Shown here: piece after piece, positions 1 to 8,721 of the stretch
Layout of the letters: every line of letters begins with the position of its first letter
Position numbering within the stretch: position 1 is the stretch's first letter
Source: Hyphomonadaceae bacterium
Lineage (GTDB): Bacteria; Pseudomonadota; Alphaproteobacteria; Caulobacterales; Hyphomonadaceae
DNA: 64,000 bases
NCBI GenBank assembly: GCA_040398425.1
Contig: JBBATZ010000015.1
Coordinates: 957 to 64,956 of the forward strand
Direction of reading: 5' to 3'
Program-made: the position numbers and the translations under genes
The notes under the pieces: model-generated
Databases searched by the model: none
What the model saw: only the letters and a program-made list of their open reading frames with translations
Told to the model about the DNA's origin: nothing

Positions 1-1101
1 GACCAGGGCGGGGTCATTGTAGAGCGACGGCGTGAAATCGTCCTTCACGCGCAGCGAGATGCCGGCTTGCGGATCGAGGCCTGCGGCCTGGGCTTCGGCG
101 CGGGCGATGCGTTCGATGCCTTTCAGCAGCTTGTCGCGCGTCGCATCCGCAAAGGAGCGGACGGTGAGTTGCATCTCGACATCGTCGGGGATGATGTTGT
201 GCTTGAAGCCGCCATTGAAGGCGCCGACCGTGACGACGGCGGGCTCGCCTGACGGGATTTCGCGCGAGACCAGCGTCTGCAGAGTACTGACGATGCGGGC
301 GCCGATGACGATCGGGTCTTTCGTATCCTGCGGATAGGCGCCGTGGCCGCCGACGCCGTTGATCTTGAGATCGACGCTATCGACGTTGGCCATCACATAG
401 CCGGAGCCGATGCCGAGTTCGCCGGCGGGCAAGGCGGCGTGATCGTGCAGGGCGATGACCTTGTCGGGCTTGGGGAAGCGGGTGAATAGTCCGTCTTCCA
501 GCATGGCGAGCGCGCCGAGGCCGATCTCTTCGGCGGGCTGCGCGATCATCACCAGCGTGCCTTTCCAGTCGGCCTTGCGCGCGACCAATTCGCGGGCCGT
601 GCCGATCCAGGTCGTCATGTGGATGTCGTGGCCGCAGGCGTGCATCACGCCGGTAGTCTCGCCGCTCCAGGAGGTATCGCGCAGTTTCGAGGCGTAGGGC
701 AGGCCAGTCTTCTCGGTGAGCGGCAGCGCATCCATGTCGGCGCGGATCATGATGGTAGGGCCATCGCCATTCTTCAGCACGGCGACGACGCCATAGCCGC
801 CGACGCCGTCCTGGATCTTGCCGTACTCCTTCTGCGCGCGCGCCTTCGTCCAGGCGTCGCCGACCCCGGTGGTGACGGTGAAGCCGAGGCGCTTCATCTC
901 GGCGGCGAGGATGGCGGAGGAGTTCTTCTCCTGGAAGGACAGTTCCGGATTGGCGTGGAGGTATTCGTAGACCTGACGGAGCGTCTTGCCTTCGGCTTTG
1001 AAGGCCGGCCCCTTCGGATCAGACTGGGCGGAGGCTTCGAGCGGCAGGGTGGAGCACGCGGCCATGAGGGCGGCGCCAAGGGCGAGGACGAGGTGCTTCA
1101 T
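1..1101 (-). CDS. Secreted M20-family amidohydrolase (hippurate hydrolase / aminoacylase-like); C-terminus lies outside the window
   Basis: Absent from the ORF track because it runs off the left edge. Manual translation from ATG at 1101-1099 gives MKHLVLALGAALMAACSTLPLEASAQ (signal peptide), then TGVMHACGHDIHMTTW and NGVGGHGAYPQDTKDPIV, typical M20 amidohydrolase motifs. Confidence 0.8.
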   Translation of the reverse strand, partial: MKHLVLALGAALMAACSTLPLEASAQSDPKGPAFKAEGKTLRQVYEYLHANPELSFQEKNSSAILAAEMKRLGFTVTTGVGDAWTKARAQKEYGKIQDGVGGYGVVAVLKNGDGPTIMIRADMDALPLTEKTGLPYASKLRDTSWSGETTGVMHACGHDIHMTTWIGTARELVARKADWKGTLVMIAQPAEEIGLGALAMLEDGLFTRFPKPDKVIALHDHAALPAGELGIGSGYVMANVDSVDLKINGVGGHGAYPQDTKDPIVIGARIVSTLQTLVSREIPSGEPAVVTVGAFNGGFKHNIIPDDVEMQLTVRSFADATRDKLLKGIERIARAEAQAAGLDPQAGISLRVKDDFTPSLYNDPALV

Positions 1102-1180
1102 GGTAAGGCTCCGGTGTTTGGTGCTGGTGTAGCGGGTTGAGGCGGAGGCGTCACCCTGTGTGCGGGCATGGCGGTGCGAT

Positions 1181-1380
1181 CTCGCAGGTGGGGCCTGCGA
1201 GGTGGGTGGTTTGCGATTTTGATTGAGGGGCGGTCCGCGACAGCTGAGGCTGCCCCCACCGTCTCGCGACGAAGACGTCGCGATCCACCTCCCCCGCCTG
1301 GCGGCGAGGGAGGCAAGGCGCCGGCGCCTGTTGCCTCCACCGGCGAAGCCGGGGGAGGTGGCGTGCTGCGAAGCAGCGTG
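1181..1380. repeat. Cluster of nested perfect hairpins (REP/BIME-like element or small structured RNA)
   Basis: CTCGCAGG/CCTGCGAG (1181-1201). TCGCGACG-aaga-CGTCGCGA (1264-1283). Outer pair CCACCTCCCCCG (1285-1296)/CGGGGGAGGTGG (1350-1361) encloses GGAGGCAA (1309-1316)/TTGCCTCC (1331-1338), whose loop is the palindrome GGCGCCGGCGCC. CGTGCTGC-gaa-GCAGCGTG (1362-1380). Confidence 0.6.
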
Positions 1381-1407
1381 ATGGAGGGGGCCAGCGCCAG
1401 CTTTCAG

Positions 1408-1803
1408 TAGCTCGCGCTGGCTGATGCCGAAGCGTTCGCGGATGTGGGCGACATACGAGTCGACGATCGCGTTCATGTTGCGGAAGGCATGCGCGAAGTC
1501 GCGCAGGCGTTTCTGCGTGTACGACCAGTCTGTTGAGGGCGAGAAGACTTCCAGGGTGACGCCGCGCGGATGCCAGCCGATGCGGCGATAGGCTTGTCGC
1601 CAGAGCGCGTAGTCAAGGCGGGCTTCGGCGAGCGCGAGCAGGAGCGCGAAGCGGTCGCGGATGCTCTGGCTGGCCTGGGACGCGGTCGCAGCTTTCCGCG
1701 CGCTGGTCATCGCGAAGATGATCAGCGTCCAGAAGCTGAGCATGACTCCCATCAGGGCGGGGACGTCTCGCAGCAGCCACAGAGGGAAGCTCCGACGTTT
1801 CAT
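1408..1803 (-). CDS. Hypothetical small membrane-anchored protein; 3' end undefined (no in-frame stop before the M20 gene)
   Basis: Manual translation from ATG 1803-1801: MKRRSFPLWLLRDVPALMGVMLSFWTLIIFAM (one TM helix) ... RLRDFAHAFRNMNAIVDSYVAHIRERFGISQRELL. Third codon positions are strongly G/C-rich. Not in the ORF track because the frame stays open to the window edge. Confidence 0.4.
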
Positions 1804-1962
1804 GGGCGCCATTGGAGGCGCGCCGCGAGCCCGGCAGGTTTGCGGTGGGGTTTTCCGCCTATTTTTGCGGGCAAGTGGTTGAGAGTGTTGCGGAAGAATT
1901 TTCTCTATCCGCCGAATTTGCACACCCGCCTTCCAACAAACGGGGGCGTAACTCACGGTGTC

Positions 1963-2061
1963 ATTCTCGGCCTTGTGCCGAGAATCTCGGTTGGGTGGGC
2001 GCGAGAACTCGGGGAGTTCCACACTGGCGACAACCAGGACTCTCGGGACAAGCCCGAGAGT
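1963..2061. repeat. Two inverted copies of one 9-bp-stem hairpin plus a central small hairpin
   Basis: ATTCTCGGC-CTTGT-GCCGAGAAT (1963-1985) and ACTCTCGGG-ACAAG-CCCGAGAGT (2039-2061). The second is the reverse-complement version of the first, with paired (compensatory) stem changes. GAACTC-ggg-GAGTTC (2005-2019) lies between them. Confidence 0.6.
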
Positions 2062-2350
2062 GACTCCATCTGAAGCGATCCGCCGGGCGGTCCGGACAGA
2101 GGGCAAAGTCGTGCGGGGGGAGGGGTTTGAGCGCGGCAGGCGAGCAAGAGTTGACCGGAGGGGGGACTTTGCGTAGAAGCTGCGCCCCATGAACCGTTCG
2201 TTTTTCAAGCGCTACTGGAAAACCATTACCCCCGCGGGGCTGATGGCGCGCTTGGCTTTTACGAACTAGCCAAAAGCCCGCCGACCAGCCCCGCCGGAAA
2301 CCGGATGGGGCAGAGATCGCCCCGTCTCCCGGCTCAAGAGGAGACTACCC

Positions 2351-3400
2351 GTGACGCAGACATCCCAGACCGCAGAGCTCGGCTCCCGCGCGGATGTTGG
2401 TACGAAGACCGTCGCCGTGGTGGGCGCGACCGGCGCCGTGGGCGCCGAGATGCTGCGCTGCCTGGAGGAGTCCAGCTATCCGACCGGCGCCCTGAAGGCG
2501 TTTGCGTCCGAGCGCTCGGCCGGCAAGCGGTTCAAGTTCCGTGGGCGCGACGTCGAGATGCAGGTGCTGACGGAGGATGCGTTCGCCGGCTGCGATGTTG
2601 TGCTGTTCGCGTCTGAGACCGACATCTCGAAACAGTATGTGCCCATCGCCGTGCAGGCGGGCGCCTATGCCATCGATAACTCGTCGGCGTTCCGGATGGA
2701 TGCGTCGGTGCCGCTGGTGGTGCCGGAGGTGAATGGCGACCTGATCACGCCGACGCAGAAGATCTATGCCAACCCGAACTGCGTGGCGGCGATCATGGTG
2801 ATGGCGCTGTGGCCGCTGCACCAGGCGGGCAAGCTGAAGCGCGTGATTGCGGCGACGTATCAGTCGGCGTCGGGCGCTGGCCGGCCGGCGATGGACGAGC
2901 TGGAGGAATCCACGCGCGCCTATCTCAAGGGCGAGACGTATGCGCCGAAGGTTCTGCCGCATCCGTATGCGTTCAACCTGTTCAGCCACAACACGACGAT
3001 CGGGGCGGATGGTTACAATGGCGAAGAGCAGAAGGTTGTCGCCGAGCTGCGCAAGATCATGGGGCTGCCGGAGCTGCGCGTGGGCGTGACGTGCGTGCGC
3101 GTGCCGGTCCTGCGGGCGCACTCGATGGCGATCACGGCGGAGTTTGCGGATAAGGTGTCGGTGGATGCGGCGCGGGCGCTGCTGGCCAAGGCGCCGGGCA
3201 TGAAGGTGGTGGATGATCGTGAGAAGAACCATTTCCCGATGCCGATCGAGAGCGGTGGTCAGAACGACGTGCTGGTGGGGCGTATCCGCGAGGATATCTC
3301 GGACCCGACGGGCCACTCGCTGGCGCTGTTCATCTCGGGCGACCAGCTGCTGAAGGGCGCGGCCCTGAACGCGGTGCAGATTGCGGAACGTCTTGCTTAG
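2351..3400 (+). CDS. asd: Aspartate-semialdehyde dehydrogenase
   Basis: 349 aa. VAVVGATGAVG Rossmann motif, NPNCVAA active-site Cys region, YQSASGAG. Confidence 0.93.
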   Translation: MTQTSQTAELGSRADVGTKTVAVVGATGAVGAEMLRCLEESSYPTGALKAFASERSAGKRFKFRGRDVEMQVLTEDAFAGCDVVLFASETDISKQYVPIAVQAGAYAIDNSSAFRMDASVPLVVPEVNGDLITPTQKIYANPNCVAAIMVMALWPLHQAGKLKRVIAATYQSASGAGRPAMDELEESTRAYLKGETYAPKVLPHPYAFNLFSHNTTIGADGYNGEEQKVVAELRKIMGLPELRVGVTCVRVPVLRAHSMAITAEFADKVSVDAARALLAKAPGMKVVDDREKNHFPMPIESGGQNDVLVGRIREDISDPTGHSLALFISGDQLLKGAALNAVQIAERLA

Positions 3401-3423
3401 TATTGTAGCTTAGAGCGTGTGTT

Positions 3424-4872
3424 ATGAACGACCGGATTGATGCGGGCTTCGGCGATGTACTGGAAAAGCCGGGGACGATTGGAGCAGGCGGCATGAGCCC
3501 TTCGGATGGACATGGTGCGACTTCGGGCTGGAGCCCGGACTCGTGGCGGAAGAAGCCCGCGCTGCACATCCCGGCGGATTATCCGGACATGGGCAAGCTG
3601 GCGGCGGTAGAGAAACAGCTGTCGAGCTATCCGCCGCTGGTGTTCGCGGGCGAGGCGCGCACGCTGACGCATCGGCTGGGTGAAGTGGCGGAGGGCAAAG
3701 CCTTCCTGCTGCAGGGCGGAGACTGCGCGGAGAGCTTCAAGGAGTTCCACCCGAACAACATCCGCGACACGTTCCGTCTGATCCTGCAGATGGCGGTGGT
3801 GCTGACATTCGCTGGCAAGAAGTCCGTCGTGAAAGTCGGGCGGATCGCGGGGCAGTTTGCCAAGCCGCGCTCGGCGCCGACCGAGACGATCGATGGTGTG
3901 ACGCTGCCGTCCTATCGCGGTGACAACATCAACGGCATGGAGTTCACGCCGGAAGCGCGCACGCCGGATCCGCAGCGCCTGCTGCAGGCGTATCTGCAAT
4001 CGGCGGCGACGCTGAACCTGCTGCGCGCGTTTGCGCAGGGCGGCTATGCCAGCCTGGACAACATCCATCGCTGGATGCTGGGCTTTGTGGAGCGCTCCCC
4101 CACGGCAGACCGTTACAAGGCAATGGCGGCGCGAATTACGGATGCGATGGAATTCATGGAGTCGTGCGGGATCACGCCGGAGACGACGCCGGCGCTGTCG
4201 CAGACGGATTTCTACACCAGCCACGAGGCGCTTCTGCTCGGCTATGAGCAGGCGATGACGCGCGAGGACTCGACGCGTCCGGGCGAGTTCTATGACACGT
4301 CGGCGCACATGATCTGGATCGGCGACCGCACGCGGCAACCGGACGGCGCGCATGTGGAGTTCTGCCGTGGCGTGAAAAATCCCATTGGCATGAAGTGCGG
4401 GCCGAGCCTGGCGCCGGACGACATGCTGCGCCTGATCGACATTCTGAACCCGGATAACATTCCGGGCCGCCTGACGCTGATCGCGCGGTTCGGGTCGGAC
4501 AAGGTTGCTGACGGCCTGCCGAAGCTGGTGCGGGCGGTGCAGAAGAGCGGCGCGAAGGTCGTGTGGTCGTCGGACCCGATGCACGGCAACATCGAGAAGA
4601 CCGATGGCGGCTACAAGACGCGTCCGTTCAAGCGCATCCTCGACGAGGTGACGCAATTCATCGACGTGGTGGAGAGCGAAGGCGCGCATGCCGGCGGTAT
4701 CCACCTCGAGATGACCGGGCAGGACGTGACGGAGTGCACGGGCGGCGGTCGCGAGATCACTGCGCTGGAGCTGCAGGACCGCTATCACACGCACTGCGAT
4801 CCACGCCTGAACAACGAACAGGCGCTCGACCTGGCGTTCATGGTGGCCGAGAAGCTGGCGGCGAAGCGGTAG
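3424..4872 (+). CDS. Class II 3-deoxy-7-phosphoheptulonate (DAHP) synthase
   Basis: 482 aa. [21 protein letters not shown]-terminus, [28 protein letters not shown]; class II DAHPS hallmarks. Confidence 0.9.
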   Translation: MNDRIDAGFGDVLEKPGTIGAGGMSPSDGHGATSGWSPDSWRKKPALHIPADYPDMGKLAAVEKQLSSYPPLVFAGEARTLTHRLGEVAEGKAFLLQGGDCAESFKEFHPNNIRDTFRLILQMAVVLTFAGKKSVVKVGRIAGQFAKPRSAPTETIDGVTLPSYRGDNINGMEFTPEARTPDPQRLLQAYLQSAATLNLLRAFAQGGYASLDNIHRWMLGFVERSPTADRYKAMAARITDAMEFMESCGITPETTPALSQTDFYTSHEALLLGYEQAMTREDSTRPGEFYDTSAHMIWIGDRTRQPDGAHVEFCRGVKNPIGMKCGPSLAPDDMLRLIDILNPDNIPGRLTLIARFGSDKVADGLPKLVRAVQKSGAKVVWSSDPMHGNIEKTDGGYKTRPFKRILDEVTQFIDVVESEGAHAGGIHLEMTGQDVTECTGGGREITALELQDRYHTHCDPRLNNEQALDLAFMVAEKLAAKR

Positions 4873-4882
4873 GCTCTTCTCG

Positions 4883-5500
4883 ATGCGGCGCTGCTACCTT
4901 GAACCGGTCCCTGAGGTCTGGGTAGCAGCGGACATGCTCACCGATGCGGTCAGACTGCACCTTATTGGACAACGCGATGCGGCGGCGCGGCTTTTCCGCG
5001 GTTCGGATTTCGAGCAGATCGGTCGTTGGTTCCAAACCGTAGTGGGTCCGCATAACCCGGCGATCCACGGCGTGCTGCCGCTCGTGCTCGAACCGCCGCG
5101 TCTGCCAATGCAGGACCGCAAGAAGCCGCGCATGCCGAGCGCGGCCGTCAAACGTCAGATTCTTGCGCGTGACGGCATGCATTGTCGTTTCTGCGATAGT
5201 CCGGTCATTCCAAAGAACGTCATCCTCGCGATCTCGGCGGCTTATCCTGAGGACGCGCGATGGAGTGATATCGCAAGCGAGCAGCACCGCATGTTTCAAG
5301 CCATGAGCATCCAATATGATCATGTGCTGCCTCATGCTCGAGGCGGTGACAGCAGTCTTGAGAACATGGTTATCACCTGCGCAGTCTGCAATTACGGGCG
5401 TATGTCTTACACCGTGGAGGAAGCCGGCCTAATTGATCCGCGGACGCAGCCGATCAAGGTGTCGGCTTGGGATGGTCTGGCGAGCTTTATCGACGGCTGA
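4883..5500 (+). CDS. Stand-alone HNH endonuclease
   Basis: 205 aa. CRFC ... YDHVLPHARGGDSSLENMVITCAVCNYGR (HNH/His-Me finger). Codon third positions around 5150-5450 are visibly A/T-richer than in neighbouring genes. Confidence 0.8.
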   Translation: MRRCYLEPVPEVWVAADMLTDAVRLHLIGQRDAAARLFRGSDFEQIGRWFQTVVGPHNPAIHGVLPLVLEPPRLPMQDRKKPRMPSAAVKRQILARDGMHCRFCDSPVIPKNVILAISAAYPEDARWSDIASEQHRMFQAMSIQYDHVLPHARGGDSSLENMVITCAVCNYGRMSYTVEEAGLIDPRTQPIKVSAWDGLASFIDG

Positions 5501-5563
5501 TCCCGTTGGAGTGCTGACGGGACTCGTAGAGTGGCCTAGGGTGCCGGGCCACGGGAGTTCGCA

Positions 5564-5929
5564 ATGAGAGCCTTTGCAGCGCTAGTCATTCTTGGTCTTG
5601 CCGCCTGCGATGAGCCGCCTCCTGCGGCGACCTTGACGGAAACACCGGCGCAATATGTCGGCACGTGGGCGGGCAGCGTTGCGGAGTGCGAAGCGGGAGC
5701 CGGGCCATTGCGCGTTACCGTCGCGCCAGATGAGCTGGTGTTTGCAGACAGCCGTCTTGCCGTAACGGGGGCTCTGCCTGACGGCGATACCGCAGTGCGG
5801 GTCGACGGCCATCTTCAGACCAGCATGGGAGAGGGGGATAGCTCGATCCGGCTGGAGTTGTCCGACGGGGGCAGGACGCTAACTGTCGTCAACGGGGCGA
5901 ATCTGGCGCCGCGGATCAAGTGCCTGTAA
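5564..5929 (+). CDS. Small lipoprotein, unknown function
   Basis: 121 aa. MRAFAALVILGLAAC lipobox and a YVGTWAG motif. Lower GC3 than the core genes. Confidence 0.65.
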   Translation: MRAFAALVILGLAACDEPPPAATLTETPAQYVGTWAGSVAECEAGAGPLRVTVAPDELVFADSRLAVTGALPDGDTAVRVDGHLQTSMGEGDSSIRLELSDGGRTLTVVNGANLAPRIKCL

Positions 5930-6021
5930 CGCTGCATCCGCAGCTGCTGGGCCGCGCGGTGGACTTCGCGACGGTGCAGTTCTATCCCGGGCGGGTCGGG
6001 GTAACCGCAGGAGACTCGCGC

Positions 6022-6486
6022 ATGAAACGGATGATCGCTGGAACGCTAGCCGCCCTCGCGCTTGGTGCCTGCGCCACGACGCCCAAGGGGCCGGCGGACT
6101 TCATCGTCGGCACATGGACGTGCGAGACTGTCGCCGACGGCATCAACGTGTCGGGCATGTTCGACTATCAGTCGAACGGGGTCACCAAAGGAACGCCGGT
6201 GATCGACGTCAACATGTCGGGCATGGCGATCAAGATGACCGGCGCGCTGGACGGCACGTGGGAACTCCTCGCCGACGGGTCGCTGAAGGAAGTGGTCACG
6301 GGCTTGAAAGTGCAGACCGCCTCGCAGAACGGCAACACGATACCGCCGGCCATGGTTGGATCGATGATGCAGCCGATGGTAGACCAGATGATTGTCGGCC
6401 AGGAATCGACCTCGACCCCACAGATCACGGCGACTTCGTTTGTCTCGACCGACAAGGATGGCACGGTCACGACCTGCAAGCGCTAG
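6022..6486 (+). CDS. Small lipoprotein, unknown function (lipocalin-like by size)
   Basis: Internal ATG at 6022 of ORF 5920..6486: MKRMIAGTLAALALGAC lipobox, IVGTWTCE motif shared with the preceding lipoprotein. Confidence 0.7.
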   Translation: MKRMIAGTLAALALGACATTPKGPADFIVGTWTCETVADGINVSGMFDYQSNGVTKGTPVIDVNMSGMAIKMTGALDGTWELLADGSLKEVVTGLKVQTASQNGNTIPPAMVGSMMQPMVDQMIVGQESTSTPQITATSFVSTDKDGTVTTCKR

Positions 6487-6522
6487 GCGCGACATAGGTC
6501 CGGACGGAGTGGGGCTGAACAC

Positions 6523-6873
6523 ATGTCGAAGAAACTGAAACTTAGGTCGGATGAAATTCGTCCGGTGGCGACGGGGCTCGGCGCGTGCCTTGCGTCGGAC
6601 ATGATCACGGTGCGGGGCAAGCCGGTGGGCTTCATGTACCGCGAGGCGCCGGACAACGACATGGATAGCGGCTGGCGGTTTACGTCGGGGCTGGAAGACC
6701 AGGACTATATGGACGACGAGGCCAATCACGGCATCTATGACGTGAACACGATCGCCAATTACGACCCGAGTATCATACCGCTGCTGGAATCGCCGATCGG
6801 CGCCGTGTTCGAACGCACGCCGGGCGCGGCCAAATTCAGGCCGGTTGACGACTGGTCCCCGGAAGACGAATAA
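6523..6873 (+). CDS. DUF2185 / Imm33-like protein
   Basis: 116 aa. FMYREAPDNDMDSGWRFTSGLEDQDYMDD ... NTIANYDPSIIPLLESPIGAVFER matches my memory of the DUF2185 (Imm33) signature. Needs an HMM check. Confidence 0.6.
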   Translation: MSKKLKLRSDEIRPVATGLGACLASDMITVRGKPVGFMYREAPDNDMDSGWRFTSGLEDQDYMDDEANHGIYDVNTIANYDPSIIPLLESPIGAVFERTPGAAKFRPVDDWSPEDE

Positions 6874-6921
6874 GCGGTCCCCGAAACGCTCAAAGAGCCA
6901 GAACCGCCTCACAGAAGCGGC

Positions 6922-8328
6922 ATGGAGCCTCCGATGACTGCCGCACGCCTGCCCGCATGGGCGCGGCCCAAGGACATGCTCGACCTGACGCGACTGGCTG
7001 TGCCGGTTGCGATCTCGCGCGCGTCCTTCATGCTGATGTCGCTGACGGATGCGGTGCTGCTGGGCCGCTATGCGCCGGGTGAGTTGCCGTACGTGCTGAA
7101 TGGCTGGTTGCCGATCGGCGTGCTGTTCGGCTTCGGCATGGGCCTGATGATCGGCGTGCAGGTCCTGACGGCCGAGCTGAATGGCGCCGGCAAGGGACAT
7201 GACACGGGGCGCATCTTCCGGCGCGGCATGACGGTGGCGCTGATCTACGGTCTGTTCGCGATGGGGGCGTGCATCGTGATAGCGCGACCGCTGCTCGACC
7301 TGATCGGGTTTGATCCGGTGCTCGCCGAGGCGACGACCAACTGCACGCACATTCTGGCCTATGGCGCGATCGCGCATATGGGCGGGCTGGCGTGCCAGTC
7401 CTATCTCGAGGCGTTGCGCAAGCCGAACATCGCAACGGCGATCAACATGATGGCGGTCGGCGTCAATCTGGTCTTCGGGCTGATCCTTGTGCCCGAGCAT
7501 GGCGCGATCGGCGTGGTGTGGGCGACGACGGGATCGCGCTGGTTCATGCTGGTTTGCTTCCTGATCGCGGTGGCGTTCCTGACGCCGGCGCTGCGCAGTT
7601 CTTCGAAAGCGCCGGCGGGCGAGTTCAAACGCCAGAACATGGTCGGCATCGGCACGGGCGTCGCGAACATCGCCGAGTGGGGCTCGTTCAACATGACGTT
7701 CGCGATTGCGACGCTTGTCTCGATTGATAGCGGCACGGTGTATGGCCTGACCGTGCAGATGATGGGCGTGATCTTCATGATCTATGTCGGCATGGGCACG
7801 GCGACGAGCGTGCGCGTGGCCGAGCGGTACGGGCGTGGCGATGTCATCGGTGTGCGCGAGGCGTCAAGGCTCGGCGTGGCGGCCTCGACGTCGCTGGGCC
7901 TGATCATGGCGATCACGCTGATCCTGTTGCGTGATCCGATCGCGGTGACATGGCTCAACGGGTCCGAGATTGCGTCGGCTGGCGCGCATCTTGTGCCGCA
8001 GCTGTCGCTGATGCTGGCGGCGGTGGCGTTCGTCACGATGTTTGATGGCCTGCAGGCTGTGGGCTCGATGGCGCTGCGGGCGCAGGGCGCGGTGTGGATA
8101 CCGACGGTGATCCATGTCGGAAGCTATGTGTTCGTGATGCTGCCCGTGTGCTGGTGGTTGGCGCTAGATACGGATCTTGGCGTGTGGGGCGTTGTGATCG
8201 GCATCTCGGTTGCGACTGTGCTGGCGGGCCTCGGCCAGATCGTGGCGCTGGAACTCAAGTCGGCGCGCAGCGTGCGCGTCGGGCCGCCGTCGGAAGCCGA
8301 GCGCAAGGCTACGCCGGTGATTCACTAG
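6922..8328 (+). CDS. MATE-family efflux transporter
   Basis: 468 aa, about 12 predicted TM segments, typical MATE N-terminus (LTRLAVPVAISRASFMLMSLTDAVLLG). Confidence 0.8.
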   Translation: MEPPMTAARLPAWARPKDMLDLTRLAVPVAISRASFMLMSLTDAVLLGRYAPGELPYVLNGWLPIGVLFGFGMGLMIGVQVLTAELNGAGKGHDTGRIFRRGMTVALIYGLFAMGACIVIARPLLDLIGFDPVLAEATTNCTHILAYGAIAHMGGLACQSYLEALRKPNIATAINMMAVGVNLVFGLILVPEHGAIGVVWATTGSRWFMLVCFLIAVAFLTPALRSSSKAPAGEFKRQNMVGIGTGVANIAEWGSFNMTFAIATLVSIDSGTVYGLTVQMMGVIFMIYVGMGTATSVRVAERYGRGDVIGVREASRLGVAASTSLGLIMAITLILLRDPIAVTWLNGSEIASAGAHLVPQLSLMLAAVAFVTMFDGLQAVGSMALRAQGAVWIPTVIHVGSYVFVMLPVCWWLALDTDLGVWGVVIGISVATVLAGLGQIVALELKSARSVRVGPPSEAERKATPVIH

Positions 8329-8342
8329 GTCGATAGAGGCGA

Positions 8343-8612
8343 CTACTTCAGGTCCTTCATCGCGGCCGCCGGCTTGAAGGCCGCCGTAGTGCGTGCGGGG
8401 ATCTTGATCGTTATGCCGGTCGCCGGATTGCGCCCGTCGCGCGCGGCGCGTGACTTGGTGACGAATGTGCCGAAACCGGAGATCGCGACCTGTTCGCCCT
8501 TGCGCAGGTTGTCCGTGATCGTATCGAACACGGCGTCGACCAGGCGCGTGGCTTCGGTGAGCTTGATCGCGTTGGCGTCAGCGATGGTTTTGATCAGATC
8601 GGATTTATTCAT
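8343..8612 (-). CDS. hup: HU-family DNA-binding protein
   Basis: Start at the internal ATG (8612) preceded by GGAGAGG. MNKSDLIKTIA ... GFGTFVTKSRAARDGRNPATG ... AFKPAAAMKD. Confidence 0.92.
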   Translation of the reverse strand: MNKSDLIKTIADANAIKLTEATRLVDAVFDTITDNLRKGEQVAISGFGTFVTKSRAARDGRNPATGITIKIPARTTAAFKPAAAMKDLK

Positions 8613-8721
8613 GGCCTCTCCCCGGGGCTGAAGCCGTCTGTAGCGACTTCTTCCCCTGATCGGGCGCCCTTCGGGACGATTCTTCAACCCCGGATATCCG
8701 GTGAAGCGAAAAAATCCTGAG

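Noticed and set aside
1570-2073. Plus-strand ORF of 167 aa in the asd upstream region
   Set aside because: The translation is not protein-like (charged and Gly/Arg-rich). It overlaps the better minus-strand small ORF and runs through the hairpin repeats, so it is probably non-coding.
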